Position numbers and translations under genes: made by a program. Positions 24,857 through 31,552 of a DNA stretch of 31,552 nt are shown here, in pieces. Under the pieces are notes generated by a model, which was not told where the DNA came from, did not search any database, and worked only from the letters and a program-made list of their open reading frames with translations. Numbering within the stretch: position 1 is the stretch's first letter; the number at the start of each line of letters is the position of its first letter. The DNA comes from a virus (Duplodnaviria > Caudoviricetes). The stretch covers positions 1 to 31,552 of IMG/VR virus record IMGVR_UViG_3300017909_003591, one strand, 5' to 3'.

Positions 24857-25034
24857 CAATTATTACGGTGTGCTCATTTACGGCATGACCATGTTCCATG
24901 GCAGCTATGATGCTTGTGTCGAATACGTCAAGCTCATGACCCTATGATCAATTCAATCCTCTTTGGCGCCTACGCCACAACCATCACCTTTGCCGCCAGC
25001 TTCGTCTGCGGTTACATCTATCAGGAGGTAATCA

Positions 25035-25310
25035 ATGGCTCAATCGACAAGTGAAAAGAAAGCCCGGTTCGCCCGGGTAGCAGTGCCCAGAGTGGAGACA
25101 GCCGTAGATCTGTTCCGCAAGCTCGGCAACTGCTCAGTTAAGTCCCAGTACGAATGGGACCAAGTTCGTTGGAAGAAAGTGTTCGTTCACCTGCTGGTTG
25201 CAGTAGAGGAATGCGCTGAACGCTTTGGCCTTAAGGTAACCTTTACCATTGACGGGTTGTCTTCGACCAACCTGTATGATCCAGAATCTATCAAGGAGTT
25301 TTTATCATGA
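25035..25310 (+). CDS. Hypothetical helical phage protein
   Basis: AGGAGG RBS; KKARF.R.A..R...LGN.S....YE motif. Confidence 0.75.
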   Translation: MAQSTSEKKARFARVAVPRVETAVDLFRKLGNCSVKSQYEWDQVRWKKVFVHLLVAVEECAERFGLKVTFTIDGLSSTNLYDPESIKEFLS

Positions 25311-25465
25311 ACCGCCCCGCATACCTGCAGAAGTGCGTCCTGAAGCTTGCCAAGTGGCAGAACGAGGCTGAAGGAGCCCTTACCCGCAAGGAGGCCCTCA
25401 AGGCGCTCAGGAAGTACGCCAAGTGGTCCCTGCGCCTGGCGGAGGCCCAGCGTGTATCTGAGTGA
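25307..25465 (+). CDS. Hypothetical basic protein
   Basis: MNRPAYLQKC...; AAGGAG RBS; ATGA overlap. Confidence 0.6.
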   Translation: MNRPAYLQKCVLKLAKWQNEAEGALTRKEALKALRKYAKWSLRLAEAQRVSE

Positions 25466-25642
25466 CGAGAGTCGGCGACAGCTGCGGCGTGCGAACGTCG
25501 TGGCTCGTGGCCACATCCTGGCGGCCAAGTGCGCCAAGACCAGGGAAGAATTGTCAGAGGCTTTATGTAAAGCTTTGTTGACGTATGGCATTTGGGCCTC
25601 GGATGCTGTATAGTTGAGACATCAACCAAAGGAGGCAACCCG

Positions 25643-25888
25643 ATGACCACTTTCCTCACCACCGCCCAACGCGAGTTCCTGATCGAAGAGTACAAGGAGC
25701 AGCTTGAAGAGTTCGAGCAGCTGGAGGAGTACGGCTACTTCCTGGACGAGCTTCGCACCTACAACAACGTGGACTTCCTGAACGAGTGCGTCGAGTTCAT
25801 GCCCATCTACGGCGAGCCCGCTGGCCGCAAGATCCTCGCCAAGGTCAAGGCTGAAAAAGAAGTCACACTGGGCGACTATCTTTCCTGA
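25643..25888 (+). CDS. Acidic protein (cassette 1)
   Basis: TATAGT plus CATCAACCAAAGGAGG leader. Confidence 0.8.
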   Translation: MTTFLTTAQREFLIEEYKEQLEEFEQLEEYGYFLDELRTYNNVDFLNECVEFMPIYGEPAGRKILAKVKAEKEVTLGDYLS

Positions 25889-25902
25889 GGGCTTCGGCCC
25901 TC

Positions 25903-25942
25903 TCTGTGCTACAATTAACCCATCAACCAAAGGAGGAATCCA
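25903..25942 (+). repeat. 40-bp promoter-leader repeat, copy 1
   Basis: TCTGTGCTACAATTAACCCATCAACCAAAGGAGGAATCCA, identical at 26171-26210. Confidence 0.95.
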
Positions 25943-25944
25943 CC

Positions 25945-26169
25945 ATGACCAACTACACCGTTCACTCCCGCACCCGCTACGGCGTCTACCGCTTCGTTGA
26001 GGCCTGCTCCACTCGCAAGGAGGCTCAGAGGGCCGCTACCCGAGAGGTTCTCAAGGGTTTCATGGCCAACGTCTGGATCCGCTTCCAGGACAACGAGAAG
26101 GTCTACGAGTGGGATCATGAGCACGAGACCATGCAAGACGCCATGGGTCACCTCGAGGCTCTTGTCTGA
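25945..26169 (+). CDS. Hypothetical protein (cassette 2)
   Basis: ATG after the repeat RBS. Confidence 0.8.
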   Translation: MTNYTVHSRTRYGVYRFVEACSTRKEAQRAATREVLKGFMANVWIRFQDNEKVYEWDHEHETMQDAMGHLEALV

Positions 26170-26170
26170 T

Positions 26171-26210
26171 TCTGTGCTACAATTAACCCATCAACCAAAG
26201 GAGGAATCCA
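26171..26210 (+). repeat. 40-bp promoter-leader repeat, copy 2
   Basis: Identical to 25903-25942. Confidence 0.95.
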
Positions 26211-26428
26211 TGACCATCTACCTTCCCGACGTCCACTACGCCAAGCAAGAACTGGCCCGCCTGCACTCCATCCGCGCCAGTATCGCCCGCAATATCGTGG
26301 CCTGCAAGACCGACTACGTCAGCCACAAGAGCGCCGAGACCTGGGTCAAGATTTACCAGGAGCGCCTCAGGGAGAACGTTCTCCCCGCTATTAAGGAATG
26401 TGAACAGTACATTGCATCCCAGGCCTGA
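26210..26428 (+). CDS. Hypothetical helical protein (cassette 3; paralog of cassette 4)
   Basis: AKQELARL...RLRENVLPAIKEC. Confidence 0.8.
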   Translation: MTIYLPDVHYAKQELARLHSIRASIARNIVACKTDYVSHKSAETWVKIYQERLRENVLPAIKECEQYIASQA

Positions 26429-26465
26429 GGGCCTATACTACAGACATCAACCAAAGGAGGAATCC

Positions 26466-26675
26466 ATGACCTACATCACCAGCCCCGCTCAAGCCGAAAA
26501 AGAACTGGTCCGCCTTCGCGACATCGAGGCCGAACTTTGTGCTCATATCATCGAGCTTAAGGATGACACCAGCTATCTGGCTAGCGCCATGAGCGCCACC
26601 TGCGCCGACCGTCTCCGCTACGAGGTCCGCCCCGCCATCAAGGAGTGCCTCGACATGATCCGCAAGTACGCCTGA
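26466..26675 (+). CDS. Hypothetical helical protein (cassette 4)
   Basis: AEKELVRL...RLRYEVRPAIKEC; TATACT plus the leader. Confidence 0.8.
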   Translation: MTYITSPAQAEKELVRLRDIEAELCAHIIELKDDTSYLASAMSATCADRLRYEVRPAIKECLDMIRKYA

Positions 26676-26714
26676 GGGTGTGCTACAATTTTCACAACAC
26701 CAAAGGAGGAACCC

Positions 26715-26990
26715 ATGATCAACACCCCCGAGAACATCCGCACCATCCTCGAAGCTGCCAAGAGCACCTTCGTTTCCATCACCTTCACCAAGGCCAACGG
26801 TGAGGAGCGTCAGCTCACCACCAACCCCAAGCAGATCGGGGAGGTTCTTGGAACTGGTACGAAATGCAACGACCCGGCGGTTTTCCGGATCGTCGACGTT
26901 AAATTGAACCAGTGGAGGAGTTTCCGCGCAGAGCGAGTCACCTCCATCAAGGCCAATGGCACCACCACCACATTCACTCAAGAGGCTTGA
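26715..26990 (+). CDS. WYL_2/DUF2693-like SH3 barrel protein (cassette 5)
   Basis: FTKANGEER.L.T...D.....WRSFR motif. Confidence 0.75.
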   Translation: MINTPENIRTILEAAKSTFVSITFTKANGEERQLTTNPKQIGEVLGTGTKCNDPAVFRIVDVKLNQWRSFRAERVTSIKANGTTTTFTQEA

Positions 26991-26993
26991 TCA

Positions 26994-27194
26994 ATGTTTG
27001 ACCCAGCAGCTCAAAAGAAATTTGATGACCAGCGCTACGAGCGGCTCAAGGAAGTCATCTCGGAGTACCTTGACGACGATGGTGGTACTACCGCCAAACT
27101 GCTTCACGACCTGGAGCGGGCAGCCCTGGAGAACTCCCAGTACTTTGTTTCCAGGGTCGACGAGTACACTCACCTAAGGGATTTCTTCTCATGA
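26994..27194 (+). CDS. Hypothetical protein
   Basis: 66 aa, in operon context. Confidence 0.65.
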   Translation: MFDPAAQKKFDDQRYERLKEVISEYLDDDGGTTAKLLHDLERAALENSQYFVSRVDEYTHLRDFFS

Positions 27195-27676
27195 TCAGAT
27201 TCACCGACGAACGCACCTTCCGCCGCACCCCTGGAGTCCACTTCGCTGACATCGGCGTTCCGGGCTCCAATGGCCTTGACCTGGTAGAGCACTCAGGACC
27301 CTCTGTGAGCCCTCCTGACGTGGCTGGACGCCCTTCTTGGTATGTCCACAAGTATCAGGTCGACAACAACCGTGTGATCCATGGACAGCGCCTGTTCGAG
27401 CTGTTCAACCCCAGGTGGGTCGACAAGCATTGGTTCGTCTTCTTGACCGAGGACTCGGGCGCCCTGCAGATCCCTGTGGGATGCTTTCACCGGTCTTACA
27501 GCGGCAAGGAGGGTAGCCTTCTGCTCAATCACGCCGTCCGGGCTGATGAGTACGACGAGAACACGGAATTCATTCCCTGTCACTGTCCCTTGGCCGATGA
27601 GCACAATCCCAATTATCACGGCATTGACTTCCATAATGCTGTCCACTTCATCGAGTACGGGGAGCTGCTCCCATGA
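27191..27676 (+). CDS. RmlC-like cupin protein of cyanobacterial/cyanophage type
   Basis: FRRTPGV.F.D, H..Q.DNNRV, L.IP.G.FHRS.SG. Confidence 0.65.
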   Translation: MIRFTDERTFRRTPGVHFADIGVPGSNGLDLVEHSGPSVSPPDVAGRPSWYVHKYQVDNNRVIHGQRLFELFNPRWVDKHWFVFLTEDSGALQIPVGCFHRSYSGKEGSLLLNHAVRADEYDENTEFIPCHCPLADEHNPNYHGIDFHNAVHFIEYGELLP

Positions 27677-27825
27677 GTGTCACGTACGCCGCACAGTACA
27701 GAGACGGCACCATTGTTGAAGACCTAAGCTTCGAGGAGGGTGAAGAACGCTTTGAAGAAGCCTTCAATACCGACAATCCCTGCACCGTCTATCCCTGGCC
27801 TGTTCCTTCCTACAATCCGCCATGA
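27673..27825 (+). CDS. Hypothetical protein
   Basis: Hand-translated MSVTYAAQY...; ATGA overlaps at both ends. Confidence 0.6.
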   Translation: MSVTYAAQYRDGTIVEDLSFEEGEERFEEAFNTDNPCTVYPWPVPSYNPP

Positions 27826-28052
27826 GACTCTCGGCACGACGACAAAAGAGTATCAGCGTCTATATCGGCGTGGCCGGCTACCTGGCAATGGTAATCACCG
27901 GCGACTTCATGATCGGCGTCTGGTCTAAACTGCTCGCAGAAGTGCTGCGCATCGCTTTCTACCGAGAGACCAAAGCCCCTGACATGGCAGCGCTTTCGCT
28001 GTTCTTTATCTGCGCATCACTGATCACCTTAGTTAAGGAGTTTTTCTTTTGA
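27822..28052 (+). CDS. Small multi-pass membrane protein
   Basis: Three hydrophobic segments. Confidence 0.65.
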   Translation: MRLSARRQKSISVYIGVAGYLAMVITGDFMIGVWSKLLAEVLRIAFYRETKAPDMAALSLFFICASLITLVKEFFF

Positions 28053-28137
28053 TCCACTTCATCGCCCTCTACGGTAGCGCAGCACTAATTGCCGTGCTCT
28101 TCGTGGGGATTGTATCTGGCCTGTCCGGTCTGTCCAA

Positions 28138-28338
28138 ATGAACCACCACGCCCCCCTTGTCGCCTCTGTCCTACTGTTTGCCGCGGTCAGCATTGTTGAC
28201 TACGGCCAGCGACGCAGAGATTACGAAGTGTGTCAAGAGGTCACCAGAGAGGTTAACCTGCATGTAAGGGCCGGGCTGCTGACCCAAGCTGAAGCTGATC
28301 GGATCAGCCAACGTTGTTTCACTGAATTCGTCCAATGA
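28138..28338 (+). CDS. Hypothetical protein with N-terminal TM/signal
   Basis: Hydrophobic N-terminus; Cys pair. Confidence 0.6.
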   Translation: MNHHAPLVASVLLFAAVSIVDYGQRRRDYEVCQEVTREVNLHVRAGLLTQAEADRISQRCFTEFVQ

Positions 28339-28634
28339 GCTACACACCAAAACAAGAAGCCAGAGACCTGGTAGAGTACGCCGACAACCTCGCCGAGTTG
28401 ACGCTCGGGAACATGGAAGGCGAGGAATGCGTGGAGATGGTTCGCGAGTTCTGCGCCGTGATGGCCGACTGGCAGCCACACATCAGACAGAACGTTGACG
28501 ATCCAGTTGCGCTCGGCCTGCACTGCCTCGCAGTTGCCCAGGTCTTCAGGCTTGCATTCGTCAAGGGCTACACCAGTACGTCTAAGCGCATCGACGCTCA
28601 GAACGCCATCAAGAAAGCCCTAGGAGACCTCTGA
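28335..28634 (+). CDS. Hypothetical protein
   Basis: Coupled on both sides. Confidence 0.7.
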   Translation: MSYTPKQEARDLVEYADNLAELTLGNMEGEECVEMVREFCAVMADWQPHIRQNVDDPVALGLHCLAVAQVFRLAFVKGYTSTSKRIDAQNAIKKALGDL

Positions 28635-29056
28635 TGACTGCAATTCAATTCCTTCGCCGCACCTGCGGCAAGTGGACCTCTGAGCGCCGCTACCTGTTCG
28701 CTCCGAAGTTCAAGCCCGTCAACATGACCACCAACTTCGAGTTCGCCGAGCTTGAGTTGGGAAACAACTTTCTCGTGAGTTGGACTGGTCAGACCACCGG
28801 TGAGATGCAGCTGACCCTGGAAGGGGACACACTGCACCGCAGTCGCGACTACTTCGGCGACGGAGCCAACAGCTCCCAGGTTCAGGTGGTCGACCAGGAT
28901 TGTATCGTCCTCCGCACCCAATACGATGGCACCCGCTTTCGTGAAGAAGTGCGACTGATTGAGGAGGACATGTTCCGGCTACGCCAAACCGTTGGCTATA
29001 GTCTGGAGACAGGTCAGCTGGTTCTGGCTGGCCAGTACTTTGAATCTCGCGTGTGA
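28634..29056 (+). CDS. CpcS/CpeS(V)-type phycobiliprotein lyase-like beta-barrel
   Basis: F.R...G.W.S.RRY, L.RSR.Y, L.T.Y....F.EE.R......R.RQ, Y.E.R. Confidence 0.72.
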   Translation: MTAIQFLRRTCGKWTSERRYLFAPKFKPVNMTTNFEFAELELGNNFLVSWTGQTTGEMQLTLEGDTLHRSRDYFGDGANSSQVQVVDQDCIVLRTQYDGTRFREEVRLIEEDMFRLRQTVGYSLETGQLVLAGQYFESRV

Positions 29057-29068
29057 GGACACTTGACA

Positions 29069-29245
29069 ATGACCCAGCCCAATCGCTACACTGTTCAGTA
29101 TCGCAACCAAGACGGCGTCAAGATTGAACTCTGTGTCAAAGCAGAGCACGTCACTGAAGCCATCGAAGTTGCCCGGAATGAGGTACCAGCTCTCAAGCTT
29201 TACCCAGGCCGAATCTTTTCTGTTATCGGAGGATGCAATCTATGA
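29069..29245 (+). CDS. Small hypothetical protein
   Basis: GAGG RBS; coupled to the next gene. Confidence 0.65.
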   Translation: MTQPNRYTVQYRNQDGVKIELCVKAEHVTEAIEVARNEVPALKLYPGRIFSVIGGCNL

Positions 29246-29592
29246 CCAAAATCGCAATCGCCGGAGGCAACGACAACCACTGCCTGGCCGCGGCCTTCGA
29301 GGCTGAAGGTGCGGTTAACTTCGGAGAGGTCTTCGAGAAGTACGGCATCGTGCTGCTCATGCAGGACACCTCTGAAGATGAGTTGGCCGACCTGGATGGC
29401 GAACTGCCCACCGACACCCATCTCGTTCGTTACAGGACCCCTGAGGGGGCTGTAGGATGCGATGCAGTGCGTTCCTACAAGGCCAGTGACATCTTCGATG
29501 CCTATCACGACGCTGCTCTGACTGTTCTTGAAATCAGGTCAGGGTGGGGACGTATCAAGCCCAAACTGTTCACCGACGCCAAGAAACAATGA
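29242..29592 (+). CDS. Conserved cyanophage-type hypothetical protein
   Basis: LPTDTHLV...DAVR.YK..DIFDAY.D...SG.G.IKPKL. Confidence 0.7.
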   Translation: MTKIAIAGGNDNHCLAAAFEAEGAVNFGEVFEKYGIVLLMQDTSEDELADLDGELPTDTHLVRYRTPEGAVGCDAVRSYKASDIFDAYHDAALTVLEIRSGWGRIKPKLFTDAKKQ

Positions 29593-29819
29593 ACAAGCTC
29601 GAAATCCACTCCGACTACGGCGAGATCAAGCTGGGCCCCCTGCGGGTCCACTGGTACAACGCCGACAGCACCGATGCCACCGACTGGGGATTTTTTCTTC
29701 TCGGCTGGAAGGACTACAACCTTGAGTTCGGCCAGATCGACCAGGAGCGCCCAGGTATCTACCTGACCCGCTACGTCAACAGTGACGTGGAGCAATTACG
29801 AACCTTTGTAACGATGTGA
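29589..29819 (+). CDS. Hypothetical protein
   Basis: ATGA overlap. Confidence 0.6.
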   Translation: MNKLEIHSDYGEIKLGPLRVHWYNADSTDATDWGFFLLGWKDYNLEFGQIDQERPGIYLTRYVNSDVEQLRTFVTM

Positions 29820-29940
29820 CCTCAGTAGCCTCCACCGCCAACGGTCTCGACTACTATGTGATTATCGGGGACAGACGAGCCTTCGTCAGTTCCTACCACG
29901 AAGCCCAACTACAACAACTCAACAAGGAGGACCGCCAATC

Positions 29941-30477
29941 GTGAAAAACATCTTCGAGTACGCCGCCCGCACAGCCCTCACGGGCTTAGCCATCTTCGGC
30001 TTCGCCTCAGCTGCCTTTGCGCACCATGCACCGCAACAACCGTTTATTGAGGAAGAGTCCCTTGCGTTGTTGAATGTGGTCAGAGCCACTGGCCACAGGG
30101 TTTATCTTGATCAGGGTCCATGTTTGACAGAGAAAGGCTTGATGGGCTTTGCTACGAGTACGGGAGCGCTGGTGATCTGCACTAAGGCCCATGGTGATGA
30201 TATGGACGAGTTGGCCGATACGATTCGGCACGAGGCTTTCCACCTGGCACAATTCTGCAAAGGCCGTAAAGCAGGAACACCTGATGGCAGGGGTCTGACG
30301 ATTCTCCCTGAACTGGAGGATCAGAACATCGAGATAGCCCAGGAGGTTCTGCATTGGCACATTCTGGGATATGAACCAGGGAAGTGGGCAACGGAAGCCG
30401 AGGCCCGTGTTGTTGCTCATGCGCTGGAAGAGGAACAGATTGCGGCTATCTTGGTCGACGAGTGTGGGGTCAAGTGA
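29941..30477 (+). CDS. Exported HExxH zinc-metallopeptidase-like protein
   Basis: Signal-like N-terminus (AFA); RHEAFHLAQ; downstream EAEA; AAGGAGG RBS. Confidence 0.75.
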   Translation: MKNIFEYAARTALTGLAIFGFASAAFAHHAPQQPFIEEESLALLNVVRATGHRVYLDQGPCLTEKGLMGFATSTGALVICTKAHGDDMDELADTIRHEAFHLAQFCKGRKAGTPDGRGLTILPELEDQNIEIAQEVLHWHILGYEPGKWATEAEARVVAHALEEEQIAAILVDECGVK

Positions 30478-30554
30478 TGGGAACTTTTATTTTCTGGTTG
30501 GGGGTCTTCCTGCTGCTTGGATGGATGTGGAAGGTCAGTGAATGATTCGGCAAG

Positions 30555-30583
30555 TCCTCTCCTTCGGGAGGGGATTTTTTTTT
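30555..30583 (+). terminator. Strong intrinsic terminator
   Basis: TCCTCTCC-TTCG-GGAGGGGA-T9. Confidence 0.9.
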
Positions 30584-30647
30584 ATTCCGTTAGCGGCTGT
30601 TTTAGGGAATGGATTAGGAGCAATTAACGGGACATGATGGACGGAAT

Positions 30648-30776
30648 GCGACAATCCACGTAAAGTGCGACAATCCATGGTAGTCCATCAAGTGTCGCGT
30701 TTTGCGACAGTTCATGGTAAAAAGTGCGACTATTCATGGATGACATCTATATATAATATATATAATATATATAATA
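30648..30776. other. Origin-like element B: iterons plus AT-rich tandem repeat
   Basis: GCGACAATCC at 30648 and 30667, GCGACAGTTC 30704, GCGACTATTC 30726, then ACATCTA(TATATAATA)x3; colinear with 2371-2462. Confidence 0.7.
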
Positions 30777-31236
30777 CACCCCTAAGGCTTAAAAGCGTCA
30801 TGAAGTGTCGTTTTTAGGGTTAGTAGGGGTATGACACCTAAGGGATGGTTGAGGGGCCTTGTAGGGGCTTCTAGAGGCCTTAGAATGGCCCTTGGGTTTT
30901 GGGATGAAGTGGAGGGTTCGCCTAGTATATATATGCCCCGTTAGCGTGGGTCGGTGAGATTGTAATAGTAGTGGTCGGGGGAGGGCGCCCGTTACGTTCC
31001 TTAACACAAAATTGATACACATCTACACAGTACAAATACCTATACCCTATGTTTGTCCGATCAGCATTGTGAATGTTACGTTTTATAGCTTGACAGTACA
31101 AAATTACTAGCCAAACGTCGGGGCGTGCGCGGCCACGATCACGAGTACAAATACCTAGGCGGGCTGGACGGTGGAAAAAGTGGCCAGTGTAAAGAAATTT
31201 TAAGACCTGGAGTAAAGCGCAAAAGCATCGCCTGAT

Positions 31237-31294
31237 CGTGAACAATGCGGCGGACGCCGCTCACGGTCACGCTTGCCCTACGTGCTACAATTAA
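31237..31294 (+). repeat. 58-bp hairpin-promoter direct repeat, copy 1
   Basis: CGTGAACAATGCGGCGGACGCCGCTCACGGTCACGCTTGCCCTACGTGCTACAATTAA, identical at 31495-31552. Confidence 0.95.
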
Positions 31295-31319
31295 CTCATC
31301 CAACACAGGAGACCATCCC

Positions 31320-31493
31320 ATGACCATGACCATCCAGCAGCAGATCGACCGCAACCGCGAGATCATCCGCAGCCTGCCTACCTACGCTAACTTCGCGTTA
31401 GTCTGGCAGCCCGAGATCCGCGAGCGTTGCATGCGGATTGTCTATCAGTCCTACGACACGGGCATCCACGTCCAAGGAATCGAGACGGTGTGA
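31320..31493 (+). CDS. 57-aa hypothetical protein between the repeats
   Basis: AGGAG RBS; its stop codon lies in the left arm of the next hairpin. Confidence 0.7.
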   Translation: MTMTIQQQIDRNREIIRSLPTYANFALVWQPEIRERCMRIVYQSYDTGIHVQGIETV

Positions 31494-31494
31494 C

Positions 31495-31552
31495 CGTGAA
31501 CAATGCGGCGGACGCCGCTCACGGTCACGCTTGCCCTACGTGCTACAATTAA
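31495..31552 (+). repeat. 58-bp hairpin-promoter direct repeat, copy 2 (runs to the window end)
   Basis: Identical to 31237-31294. Confidence 0.95.

Noticed and set aside
27740-27928. 62-aa ORF from the track
   Set aside because: It overlaps two better-coupled ORFs (27673-27825 and 27822-28052).
31233-31530. Canonical integron attC sites
   Set aside because: No RYYYAAC...GTTRRRY ends and no integron integrase in the window; only a structural analogy is kept.
25903-31552. CRISPR array interpretation of the 40-bp and 58-bp repeats
   Set aside because: The intervening sequences are 200+ bp protein-coding ORFs, the repeats contain -10/RBS elements, and there are no cas genes.
1-31552. tRNA genes, integrase/repressor, psbA/hli/nblA
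   Set aside because: No cloverleaf or matching protein motifs were recognised by eye; tRNAscan-SE and HMM searches would be needed to exclude them fully.

Overview
This is a 31.5-kb piece of a tailed dsDNA phage genome, most likely a cyanophage of picocyanobacteria (Synechococcus/Cyanobium-like host). The host is inferred from CP12, a CpcS/CpeS-type bilin lyase, a DUF4278 peptide, an NtcA box and a glutamine riboswitch. The left end holds a minus-strand initiator plus DnaB pair next to an iteron/AT-rich origin-like element. The plus strand then carries recombination, nucleotide-metabolism and transcription genes (Sak3-like SSAP, SSB, RusA, RecE-like nuclease, ThyX, DnaG, class II RNR, Dcd, glutaredoxin, two sigma factors), with TerS/TerL, a lysozyme and the portal interleaved among them. 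About 10 kb of small early-type genes follow. Many of these are one-gene cassettes with a repeated promoter-leader, and the window ends in a 58-bp hairpin-promoter direct repeat. The most notable items are: (1) a terminator-insulated nitrogen-sensing module (NtcA box, glutamine-II riboswitch, YRG peptide) missed by the ORF track; (2) a colinear 92-bp duplicate of the origin-like element 28 kb from the first copy; (3) the repeat-bounded gene-cassette architecture; (4) a 28-bp AT-rich palindrome after the portal. All family assignments come from motif recognition by eye; no database searches were run.
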